Assembly: GCA_963728565.1 (NCBI GenBank)
Contig: CAVSLC010000025.1
Location: forward strand, 28,413 to 92,412
Source of the DNA: an uncultured delta proteobacterium
GTDB lineage: Bacteria; Desulfobacterota; Binatia; UBA9968
Direction of reading: 5' to 3'
DNA length: 64,000 nt
Part shown: positions 55,702 to 64,000 of the stretch, piece after piece
How positions within the stretch are numbered: position 1 is the stretch's first letter
How the letters are laid out: every line of letters begins with the position of its first letter
The notes under the pieces: generated by a model
What the model saw: only the letters and a program-made list of their open reading frames with translations
Databases searched by the model: none
What the model was told of the DNA's origin: nothing
Made by a program: the position numbers and the translations under genes

Positions 55702-57558
55702 TCAACTGACATCCAGCGGCAAGCGGTTTTCTCGGCAATAGCTCGCTATGTGATCCAGGAACCGTTGTCCGAGATCGGCCAGCTTGCGTTCGCCGACTCC
55801 TCGAATACTCAGCAACGCAGCGGCTGAGCGAGGTTTTGCGCGCGCCATGTCGCGCAGCGTCGCGTCGCTAAAGAGCAGATATGCCGGAACGCCGCGCTCG
55901 GCGGCGAGTTCACGGCGCAAGCTCCGCAAGCTTTCGAACAGATCGCCGTCGACATTACTCCATGATTCTTCTTCAAAGCGGCTCCTACGAACCTTGGTTT
56001 TTGGCTGCAGCAGTTGAACCGTACGCTGGCTGCGTAGCACCAGCCACGACGCGTCATTGAGTTTGAGAACCGGCCGATCATCGCCAGTTCGTTCGAGCAG
56101 GCCCTCATCGAGAAGCTGATAAATCATGTTGGTGACTGACTTGCGGTCAGTCCCCTTCATCAAAGAGTAGGTGGTGAGTTTGTCATGACCCCAGCGTCGC
56201 ACCCGTTCGGTCTGCGCGCCCAGGAGCACGTCGACAATGTGTTCGGCGCCGAATTGTTGTCCTGCTCGAGCTACGCAGGACAAAATCTTCTGTGCCGTAA
56301 GCGTCGCATCGGTTAAACCTTGGACCTCGCCGAAGCAGACGTCACAGGCGCCGCATTGGGATTTGGAATAATCTTGGCCGAAGTATTCGGATAATTCTCG
56401 GTGCCGGCAATGAACACCCGTGCATAACCGGCGCATCTGTGCCAGGAGTTCGCGCGCTGCGGCGATGCTCTCTGGCGCCGGGTTGGATTCGGTAGCGCTC
56501 TTTTGGATCAGCGATTCCCAGCGGAGCGCGTCGGCCGCCGAGTATAGGAGAACGCATTCCGCTTCCAAGCCGTCGCGCCCGGCGCGGCCGGTCTCCTGCT
56601 GATAGTGCTCGATGGATTTCGGCATGGCGGCGTGAATGACGCAGCGGACATCGCTACGATCGATCCCCATCCCGAAGGCGACCGTCGCCGCGACCACGTC
56701 CAACGTTTCTGAGGAAAACGCCTCCTGGGTATGGCGCCGAGCATCTGCGTCCATACCGGCATGGTAACAAGCCGCGCGCAAGCCGGCGGCCTTGAGCGCC
56801 TCGGCCATGATTTCGGTATCGTTCCTGCTCAGGCAGTAGACGATGGCCGCCTGCCCGGGATGACGCCGCAGCACTTCCAGCACCTGAGCCCGTGCATCGA
56901 TGCGTGGAATGATCCGGTAGAGGAGGTTGGGACGATCGAAAGTGCCGACCAGCACCACTGGCTTGCTGAGACGAAGCTGCTCGATAATGTCGGCGCGCAC
57001 GCGCTGCGTGGCGGTCGCGGTGTATGCGTGAATGCTTGCCTGCGGAAAACGTGTCTTGATCTCAGCCAGCTGGCGATATTCCGGCCGGAAGTCGTGACCC
57101 CATTGGCTGATGCAGTGCGCTTCATCGATGGCGAAGGCGCGAACTTTGAGCGGCGCGATGAGTTGGAGAAATCGCGCCGTCAGTAGCCGTTCAGGCGCGA
57201 CAAACACCAGCCGGTAGCGCCCGGCGGCGACCTGCTCTTCGGTTTCCTGGACTGCGTGCAGAGGCATGCCGCTGTAGAGTGCCGCCGCCGCATAGCCGCA
57301 CTCCCTCAGGCCATCGACCTGATCCTTCATCAAGGAGATAAGCGGCGAGACCACAATATCGGTGCGTTGGGCAAGCTCAGCCGGAACTTGATAGCACAAC
57401 GACTTGCCGCCCCCTGTCGGCATGACGACCAGCGAATCGCGGCCATCAAGACCGGCCCGCATCGCTTCCTCCTGCAACGGTCGTAGCTCGGAGTATCCCC
57501 AATAGCGGCGAATCGTGGCGAGGACGTCAACTGTTGACCAGTTTCTGGACCGATTCAT
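55702..57558 (-). CDS. recQ: ATP-dependent DNA helicase RecQ
   Basis: FGYSELRPLQEEAM, MPTGGGKSLCYQ, DEAHCISQWGHDFRPEY, zinc-finger Cys cluster, and a C-terminal HRDC (LLFSDATLRDMA). Confidence 0.92.
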   Translation of the reverse strand: MNRSRNWSTVDVLATIRRYWGYSELRPLQEEAMRAGLDGRDSLVVMPTGGGKSLCYQVPAELAQRTDIVVSPLISLMKDQVDGLRECGYAAAALYSGMPLHAVQETEEQVAAGRYRLVFVAPERLLTARFLQLIAPLKVRAFAIDEAHCISQWGHDFRPEYRQLAEIKTRFPQASIHAYTATATQRVRADIIEQLRLSKPVVLVGTFDRPNLLYRIIPRIDARAQVLEVLRRHPGQAAIVYCLSRNDTEIMAEALKAAGLRAACYHAGMDADARRHTQEAFSSETLDVVAATVAFGMGIDRSDVRCVIHAAMPKSIEHYQQETGRAGRDGLEAECVLLYSAADALRWESLIQKSATESNPAPESIAAARELLAQMRRLCTGVHCRHRELSEYFGQDYSKSQCGACDVCFGEVQGLTDATLTAQKILSCVARAGQQFGAEHIVDVLLGAQTERVRRWGHDKLTTYSLMKGTDRKSVTNMIYQLLDEGLLERTGDDRPVLKLNDASWLVLRSQRTVQLLQPKTKVRRSRFEEESWSNVDGDLFESLRSLRRELAAERGVPAYLLFSDATLRDMARAKPRSAAALLSIRGVGERKLADLGQRFLDHIASYCRENRLPLDVS

Positions 57559-58080
57559 GTTCTTTCGCGACGCTAGAGACCAATCAACGAGATGCTAAAA
57601 AATTATCAGAAATCACTAAAGCAATCCGGCAGCATGGGGATGGCTTGTTAGAGCGAAATGAAAGATCGCCGCTGATGATTTCTCAGATGCTGTTACGACT
57701 TGTCATAAGACTAGCCGGATTATTCACGGTGACGGCGATCCAAGGGCGAGCCCTCCGGAATGAAGACAAATGGGCTCTGTGCCTTGGGGCGGCCTGCATG
57801 GCCAAGTTGTGGAGCGGACGCCTGGAAAAAGTGCGAGCAGAGGATCAAGCACCAAAGACTTCATTGAAGCTGTTCGTCTAGATGTCTTCACTCCTCCAGG
57901 CTCACCTTCGATCGGACACAGTGCCGTAGTTTTTCCTCTGAGCATGAATAGTCCGGGCTAGCAGGCCGCTCAAAAAGATCCTCACAGGCGAGGCGGATGC
58001 TCGTGTCCGTGAAACGTGATCGAGAATTCCGGACGAACACGAACACGTATCACGCGATCACGGATTCGAGTGAGCGCCTG

Positions 58081-58794
58081 CTAAATCCCTTCGCCCATGC
58101 CTCTCTGCGTGCCTTGAATCGGCGTGCGGTTCCATTCGAGAGCGCCTTCGATTTTTCGCGGCAACGGTGGTTTGCGCGAGGTCATGAACTGCACGAACTC
58201 TTCCTTGCTGGGAAATAGCATGCGCGTGTTTTTTTGCTTTTCATCGCCCAGCGTTGAAACCGCTTCGCGATAATCATGGCCGGGATAAACCCGAATCTCA
58301 TCGCCAAGAGCGCGAAGTTTGCGCAAGCTCTCATATTGTTGTTCGGCGCTGCCGCCGGGTAAGTCGGTTCTGCCGCAGCCGCCGATGAGGAGCGTATCAC
58401 CGGTAAAAATACGGTCGCGGCATAAAAGGCACATGGCGTCTTGAGTGTGTCCGGGAGTGTATATCACTTTGATCGACTGGCTGCCGAAAGAAATGACGTC
58501 TCCATCTTTGACCGCCACGTCGATGTAGGGCGCATCGGTGGCTTCATGCATGATCACCTTGATGCCATGCTTCTCGCGCAGCACCTTGCACGCAGAGTTA
58601 TGATCGGCATGGGTATGGGTATCGATCGCGTAAAGCAGTTCCGAGGAAAAAAATTTAGCCAACTCGATGTACTCGTCGGTCTTGTCGAGCTCCGGATCGA
58701 TGACGACGCATTTTCTTTTCTCAGGACAGCACAGGAGATAGGATAGGCACCCGCTCGACCGGATCTGCTCGAAAATGATATTACCTGCGCTCAT
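58081..58794 (-). CDS. metallo-beta-lactamase-fold hydrolase, ETHE1/persulfide-dioxygenase or glyoxalase-II-like
   Basis: DTHTHADH, TPGHTQDAM, IFTGDTLLIGGCGRTD. The ORF is open to 58878, but the ATG at 58794 avoids overlap with the upstream gene. Confidence 0.8.
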   Translation of the reverse strand: MSAGNIIFEQIRSSGCLSYLLCCPEKRKCVVIDPELDKTDEYIELAKFFSSELLYAIDTHTHADHNSACKVLREKHGIKVIMHEATDAPYIDVAVKDGDVISFGSQSIKVIYTPGHTQDAMCLLCRDRIFTGDTLLIGGCGRTDLPGGSAEQQYESLRKLRALGDEIRVYPGHDYREAVSTLGDEKQKNTRMLFPSKEEFVQFMTSRKPPLPRKIEGALEWNRTPIQGTQRGMGEGI

Positions 58795-58804
58795 GGTCGG
58801 CCGG

Positions 58805-59368
58805 TCAGTTAGCAGGAACAGGAATGATGGTTTCTTTTTCCATGTTGTATCGGCTGCGGTGGATCTTATCGAGATCATAGCTTAGAAAACGAAAGACCAC
58901 GCCAGGTCCTTCGACCGCATGGGTCGAATGAATTTCGCCGGGCAGATAGGGTTTGACTGTGCCGGGGGATAGCCGATGGAGTTCATCTTTTTCAAGAATT
59001 GCTCTGCCTGGTTGTGAACCGTCGTCGGTGCGTTTGTATTTAGTGATTTCAGTGAGACCGCTGAAGGCCCCGTAAACAACCCAGCATGGGCCATGGTCGT
59101 GCGGCGTATTACCATGTCCGGGTTGGTGCACGTGGCCCATTTGGATGAATCCGTGCTCGGTGTCTCGATAGAGCTCGCGCGAGGGCTTGCCCTCTCGAAT
59201 GATCTGCGCCATCCAGGGATCCTCGGCGCTGGTGCTGGCAAACAACTTTTCCATCAACGCCGCTATCTTGTGGGGCAGCTGGGGGTCTTTGCCGTCGCCC
59301 CAAACGGCGCGAACTTCGGCGATGTATCTGTCAAACGAGCTCTCCGCTTTTTGTTCTTGTACCGCCAT
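58805..59368 (-). CDS. cupin-fold metalloprotein, cysteine-dioxygenase-like
   Basis: Cupin motif 1 GNTPHDHGPCWVVYG and motif 2 LPGEIHSTH. Confidence 0.55.
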   Translation of the reverse strand: MAVQEQKAESSFDRYIAEVRAVWGDGKDPQLPHKIAALMEKLFASTSAEDPWMAQIIREGKPSRELYRDTEHGFIQMGHVHQPGHGNTPHDHGPCWVVYGAFSGLTEITKYKRTDDGSQPGRAILEKDELHRLSPGTVKPYLPGEIHSTHAVEGPGVVFRFLSYDLDKIHRSRYNMEKETIIPVPAN

Positions 59369-59593
59369 TGGGCACCTCCTTTGAATTTCATCTTTACCAT
59401 GTTCCGTAAGGAATCGTCTAGCACCTCAGGGACACGGTTGAAGCTCAACGCGCGGGGTCTGAAGATTGGTATTGCATCGAAAGCCGAAGGTCATGCCTGA
59501 ATGGTGAAGCAGTGGGGCGATAAGATTGCATTCGTCAGTTTAACCTCTGCGCCGATTCAGTTGACAACATGATGGACGGATAGGAGGTACCTT

Positions 59594-59849
59594 ATGGCAG
59601 AACTCACCACGGTGCAGGTTCGCGCCCAGCTTTCAGAAGTTATCAGTCGTGCTGCTTTTGCCAAAGAAAGGCTTTTTCTCACGCGCCGGGGTAAGCGGAT
59701 TGCTGCCATCGTCCCGATCGATGACATCGATTTACTTGAAGCGGCTCGAGGACAAGGTCGATATTGCAGAGGCGCGGGCTTCTCTGGCGGAAGCAAAGAA
59801 GAAAGGAAGGGTATTGTGGGAGAAACTCAAAAAGGAGTTACGATTGTAG
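59594..59849 (+). CDS. Phd/YefM-family type II antitoxin; frame broken once at 59743-59744
   Basis: TTVQVRAQLSEVISRAAFAKERLFLTRRGKRIAAIVPIDDIDLLEA, then LEDKVDIAEARASLAEAKKKGRVLWEKLKKELRL in the +1 frame. Confidence 0.75.
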
Positions 59850-59956
59850 GATTCAGATCTGAATAACCTGCGTGGAGGGTCCACGTCGTCGCAGCTGGAG
59901 GGGATGTGGAGTTTAAAAAGAGTGGCAAAGGACTTGGGGAGAAAGGGACATGTTCG

Positions 59957-60225
59957 ATGGCATCCGAAAAAAAAGTATCGCAGAATTCGCGCCCGCGGCG
60001 ACTCGCCAGTTGAAAAATCTTCCGAGAGACGTACAAGTTCGCCTCACTAGGAAAAATCGATAAACTAGCTGAAAGGCCACGGCCTGAGGGTGTGAAAAAG
60101 CTCGAAGCTGAAGCTAGTCTGTATCGGATTCGGTCGGCGACTACCGCATCGTCTACTCGATTCGAGACAAATTGCTTTTGGTCTCGGTCCTAACTTTAGG
60201 CAAGGGGACTGACGTTTACCGATGA
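59957..60225 (+). pseudogene. RelE/ParE-family toxin gene with at least three frame breaks
   Basis: Pieced across frames: MASEKK(K)SIAEFAPAATRQLKNLPRDVQVRLTRK / IDKLAERPRPEGVKKLEAEASLYRIR / VGDYRIVYSIRDKLLLVSVLTLGKGTDVYR-stop. Confidence 0.65.
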
Positions 60226-60439
60226 GCGGGAAAATCCGGTTCATGTGTCAACCGGACTTCAGTTTCTGCCTCAAACTTCAACAACTATCCGCGAACATCA
60301 TTGCGGCTCACGGTCTCGCCCGCTGCGGGCTCATGGCCGAGGCTTGATTGGCGCGCTTTTTACCAAATAAGATCGGGTTGAATCGACGGGCCTGATTGAC
60401 AGCCCAAGGTTGGCTCTGGTACCAGTTTAAAAGCTGCTA

Positions 60440-60919
60440 ATGTCGATCGAACCACAAGAGCTGCGGCGAGTCATGGGCCATTTTGCCACTGGCGTTACCG
60501 TGATTACGACCCAGGACAAAGACGGAAATCCAAACGGACTCACAGCCAACGCTTTCATGTCCCTATCATTGAATCCGCCGCTGGTCTTGATCAGCGTTGA
60601 CAAAGGCGCGCAGTGCTATGCGTGCTTCAATTTGCAAAACGGTTTCACGGTCAACTTTCTCAGTGAACATCAGGAAGATGTGTCGCGTCGTTTTGCGACC
60701 AAGGGCATTGATAAGTTTGCCGGCCTGCAGTGGCATCCAGGCCAGAACGGGGCAGCGATTCTCGATGCGGCGCTCGGCTATGTCGAGTGCAAAATTACTC
60801 AGTGCTACGACGGCGGCGATCATACCATCGTCGTCGGCGAAATCGTCAACGCCAATGCCACGGACGGACGGCCACTGCTTTTTTTCAAAGGAAAGTACCA
60901 GCGCCTGCCTGATTCTTAG
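60440..60919 (+). CDS. flavin reductase-like FMN-binding split-barrel protein
   Basis: MGHFATGVTVITT, GLTANAFMSLSLNPPLVLISV, GDHTIVVGEIV. Confidence 0.85.
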   Translation: MSIEPQELRRVMGHFATGVTVITTQDKDGNPNGLTANAFMSLSLNPPLVLISVDKGAQCYACFNLQNGFTVNFLSEHQEDVSRRFATKGIDKFAGLQWHPGQNGAAILDAALGYVECKITQCYDGGDHTIVVGEIVNANATDGRPLLFFKGKYQRLPDS

Positions 60920-61202
60920 CTTCAGCTCCGGCGATTCCTCGGCGTTGGAAGGCTCTCTACCCGAGCAATCATGCTCGGCGCGATACTGCAGAAGATTGAT
61001 GATTAGTCTGAGCGCTCGATCGGCCTTGATCAGCTGCATCCAAAACTTCGTCAGCATCGATTGCAAAGGAGTTATCTCCACCGATCGGAGTGCTCATCGA
61101 AATAACCGCTCTGCTATCGCTGGACAACCGAACACATTCAAGCCTAGAAATGACTCGTATCAAGCAGCCGTTGTTCTCAAGAACAGTTCTTGGAGGTAAG
61201 AG

Positions 61203-63425
61203 ATGACCCAGGTAGTGGGGCGACCAACGCCGCGCATCGAGGGTGAGTTAAAGGTTACCGGGAGGGCGCTTTACAGCGCCGACGTCAAGCTGCCGGAGAT
61301 TCTTTGGGGCAAGGTTTTGCGAAGCCCGATTTCGTCCGGTCGCATTACCAAGATCCACACCGAAAAGGCGCGCCAGGTGCCGGGCGTCAAAGCGGTGATT
61401 ACCGGAGAGGATGTAACTGGATTAAGAATCGGCAGGTGCATCTATGATAACCCGGTGCTCGCGGACGGATTGGTGCGCTTCATCGGCGAAAAAGTTGCGG
61501 CGGTCGCCGCTGAAACCAGACTCGCGGCGGAGCAGGCGCTCGAATTGATCGAAGTTGAATACGATGAAATGGAACCGTTGCTCGATCCGCTCGCGGCAAT
61601 AGAAGATGATGCGCCGATTCTTCATCCCGACCTGCTTTCCTATAAAGGCCTTCCTGTACCGGTGGAAAAGGTCAGCAACGTGTTTGCTTACCTAAAATGG
61701 GGCAAGGGCGATATCGAAGCCGGTTTCAGACAGGCGGACGTCATCGTCGAAAACACCTTCACAACCCAAGTCACGCACCAATCCTATCTCGAGCCCCATG
61801 CCTGCGTGGTCAGTGCCGATCCAAGTGGCGGCGCGAAGATTTGGTCGTGCAGCAAGACACCGTTTGCGGTTCGCAACCAGCTGTCCAATTGTACCGGTAT
61901 CGATAAGGAAAAGCTGGTGTTCTATCCGATGCATATCGGCGGGGACTTTGGCGGCAAGGGCGGGTTCATGGATGTACCGGTTGCCTATTTTCTTTCGCTC
62001 AAGAGCGGTCAACCGGTGAAGATGGTGATGGACTACGGCGAAGAACTCACAGCCGGTAATCCGCGTCATGCCGCGATCATCAGGGCCAAAACCGGCGTTA
62101 AAAAAGATGGCGCCATCGTCGCTCATCATCTTGATTTCATATTCGACAGCGGCGCTTACGGATCGATGAAGCCGGCAGGGTATTTAATCGGCGCATCGAC
62201 CTGCGCCGGTCCCTACAAGATCGCCAACTGTTTGATCGAAGAACGGATGGTTTACACCAATAAAATCCCCTGTGGGCACATGCGCGCCCCCGGCGACCCT
62301 CAGGGATTTTTCGCCAACGAAAGCCAGATGGATGAGGTCGCGCGCAAGCTCGGCATGGATCCGGCCGAGTTCAAGCGCAAAAATTTGATGCACGATGGCG
62401 ATGAAACTCCGATCGGCGGCCACGTGTCACATATCAGAGGTGTGGAAGCATTGGAGAGGGCCATCGAAATGTCCGGTTACAACAGGCCGCGGCCAAAGCA
62501 TGTCGGCCGCGGCCTGGCTTTTTCGGAGTGGAGCCCGAGCGGCGGCGAAGGCAGCGTCTTCGTCAAAATCGAAGAGGACGGCAAGGTGAAAGTCTCGTCG
62601 CCGGTGGTGGATCAGGGCGCCGGAGTTCTGACGGTTATCGTCGAATGCGTCGGCCAGGAACTCGGTGTGCCGGCCGGCGAAATCGAGCTCGCACAGCTCG
62701 ACAGCACGACCGTGCCGAGCGATGGCGGTGTCGGCGGCAGCCGCGCCACCAGGGTCTACGGCAACGCATCCTACGAAGCAGGGGTGAAGGCGCGAGGAGA
62801 GGTAACCGCCGCCGCGGCGGCAAACCTGATGGTTCCGGCTGAAGAGCTCGAGCTTGCCGATGCCCAGGTGATTCACCGTAAATCGAAACGACGGATGAGT
62901 TTTGCCGAGGTGATTAAAGCTAAGGGCTCGCCGATCACGGTCAAAGGCTATTACAAGAGTTCAGAAAAATCGCATGACGCGTCGGTCTCGGCGCAAATCG
63001 CGGAAGTGCAAGTCGATCCGGAAACAGGGCAGGTGATCCTCAAGCAGATGGTATCGGCGCATACCACCGGCAAGGTGATCAACCCGTTGATGCATCAGGG
63101 GCAGATCGATGGCGGGGTTGTGTTCGGTTTGGGTTATGCGTTGCAGGAAGAGATTCTTTTCGACAACGGCAAAGTCGTGACCACCAATTTCGGCGAATTC
63201 AAGATTCCCAATATCATGGACATCCCGCCGTTAAAAACTTCGGTTATCGAAAATGTGCCGAATGGGCCGGGCCCGTACAACAGCCTGGCGATTGGCGAGG
63301 TGGCAAATACGCCGACGGCCGCCGCAGTGGCCAACGCGGTTGCCGATGCATGCGGGGTGAGAATTACCGATCTGCCTATAACTGCGGAGAAAGTGTACGA
63401 CGCGCTCAAGATAACGAAAGAATAG
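61203..63425 (+). CDS. xanthine dehydrogenase/aldehyde oxidase-family molybdopterin-binding large subunit
   Basis: N-terminal RIEGELKVTGRALYSADV (a/b hammerhead), 740 aa, and a family-typical GGDFGGKG region. GGAGG lies before the ATG. Confidence 0.88.
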   Translation: MTQVVGRPTPRIEGELKVTGRALYSADVKLPEILWGKVLRSPISSGRITKIHTEKARQVPGVKAVITGEDVTGLRIGRCIYDNPVLADGLVRFIGEKVAAVAAETRLAAEQALELIEVEYDEMEPLLDPLAAIEDDAPILHPDLLSYKGLPVPVEKVSNVFAYLKWGKGDIEAGFRQADVIVENTFTTQVTHQSYLEPHACVVSADPSGGAKIWSCSKTPFAVRNQLSNCTGIDKEKLVFYPMHIGGDFGGKGGFMDVPVAYFLSLKSGQPVKMVMDYGEELTAGNPRHAAIIRAKTGVKKDGAIVAHHLDFIFDSGAYGSMKPAGYLIGASTCAGPYKIANCLIEERMVYTNKIPCGHMRAPGDPQGFFANESQMDEVARKLGMDPAEFKRKNLMHDGDETPIGGHVSHIRGVEALERAIEMSGYNRPRPKHVGRGLAFSEWSPSGGEGSVFVKIEEDGKVKVSSPVVDQGAGVLTVIVECVGQELGVPAGEIELAQLDSTTVPSDGGVGGSRATRVYGNASYEAGVKARGEVTAAAAANLMVPAEELELADAQVIHRKSKRRMSFAEVIKAKGSPITVKGYYKSSEKSHDASVSAQIAEVQVDPETGQVILKQMVSAHTTGKVINPLMHQGQIDGGVVFGLGYALQEEILFDNGKVVTTNFGEFKIPNIMDIPPLKTSVIENVPNGPGPYNSLAIGEVANTPTAAAVANAVADACGVRITDLPITAEKVYDALKITKE

Positions 63426-63613
63426 GGGACAAGCAGCGATAAGGCGACTGTGCCGCTCTTCGTTTCGCGCGAGGTGCCGAGTCTGAGAAGCGGTTCTCGG
63501 CGATAGGCCGGCGATTTTAACCGCCTGGGTTGCGCCATCTGAGAGCTGCCGTTTCTCATATTGTGATCGTCGGTGCGGTGAGGTAATGCTAATTTTCTAT
63601 GCAGGAGGCGGCG

Positions 63614-64000
63614 ATGATAAAGACGACGGGTGTCTACCATATCGGAATTCCGTGTAACGACGTAGATCGGGCGGTTAAGTTTTATACCGAGATCCTCGGC
63701 ATGAGCATAGCAAAACTTAATCGCGACGACATGGGCAAAGGGCTCTCGCGCGCAGATCTTCGCTCCGGCGATAGCATGGTGGTGTTATTTCAGCGGCCGA
63801 AACCACTGGATGGTGAGTTCATCGAAAGGGAAGGGGCGACCCACCAGGCGTTTACCGTAAGCCGCGATGATTTCGAATTGGCCAAGCAGAACATGAAGAT
63901 TGGGGCGTCCGGATTCACACCACCCCGGCCGTCGACCGTCCGAGCGGCAGCGGGTTTTATTTCTTTGACAGCGAAGGGAATCTGCTGCAGCTCTACGCGC
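63614..64000 (+). CDS. VOC/glyoxalase-family protein; 3' end outside window; frame broken once at 63900-63901
   Basis: AGGAGG RBS. VYHIGIPCNDVDRAVKFYTEILGM. The C-terminal WGVRIHTTPAVDRPSGSGFYFFDSEGNLLQLYA is readable only after a one-base shift. Confidence 0.75.
   Translation, partial: MIKTTGVYHIGIPCNDVDRAVKFYTEILGMSIAKLNRDDMGKGLSRADLRSGDSMVVLFQRPKPLDGEFIEREGATHQAFTVSRDDFELAKQNMKIGASGFTPPRPSTVRAAAGFISLTAKGICCSSTR

Noticed and set aside
57748-57777. Hairpin GAGCCC-(18 nt)-GGGCUC with a CCGGAAUGAAG loop in the ORF-free gap upstream of recQ. Considered as an SRP RNA or other small RNA.
   Set aside because: It lacks the conserved SRP domain IV sequence and the surrounding helices. Translation of the 520-bp gap in all frames gave nothing protein-like either. 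It is left unassigned.
1-64000. Scanned for CRISPR arrays, rRNA, IS elements or transposases, integrases, reverse transcriptases and recognisable defence-system genes.
   Set aside because: None was recognised. The HerA-like (DUF853), VWA, metallophosphoesterase and RecQ genes are dispersed and look like stand-alone housekeeping-type genes rather than a defence operon.

Overview
Gene-dense 64-kb chromosomal segment with about 50 protein genes. I recognised no rRNA, tRNA, CRISPR array, transposase or integrase. MsrPQ, a Tat signal and a sigma-54 activator point to a diderm-type bacterium. All functional calls rest on motifs read by eye from the ORF translations; no database search was possible. 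Order of content: the 3' end of an NRPS cluster (carrier-protein tail of one subunit, then a docking-C-A-T-C subunit), followed by a lower-GC stretch with a chimeric alpha/beta-hydrolase and a small acidic ORF; a GAF/sigma-54 activator; assorted metabolism genes (ketopantoate-reductase-like, FIST, VWA, FAD oxidoreductase, formamidase, solute-binding proteins); a TerC / P2A-ATPase / TerC metal locus; a TPP enzyme, DUF218, maiA, BNR propeller and isochorismatase; a CdaA diadenylate cyclase fused to a YbbR domain; a split chromate-transporter pair; msrPQ; mtgA-mutY; a two-gene molybdoenzyme operon (FeS-NrfD fusion plus a catalytic subunit with no signal peptide); an ABC importer operon; recQ; a metallo-beta-lactamase/cupin pair; a Phd/RelE module; a flavin reductase; a lone xanthine-dehydrogenase-family large subunit; and a VOC gene cut by the window edge. 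The candidates most worth follow-up are (1) the cytoplasm-facing Psr/Ttr-like molybdoenzyme with a fused B-C subunit, (2) the CdaA-YbbR fusion, (3) the duplicated small-ORF+TerC modules flanking the P-type ATPase, and (4) the TE-less NRPS terminus with its neighbouring hydrolase. Caveat: several genes carry single-base frame breaks at homopolymers, and four short loci carry clusters of them. Assembly error and real gene decay cannot be told apart from sequence alone.
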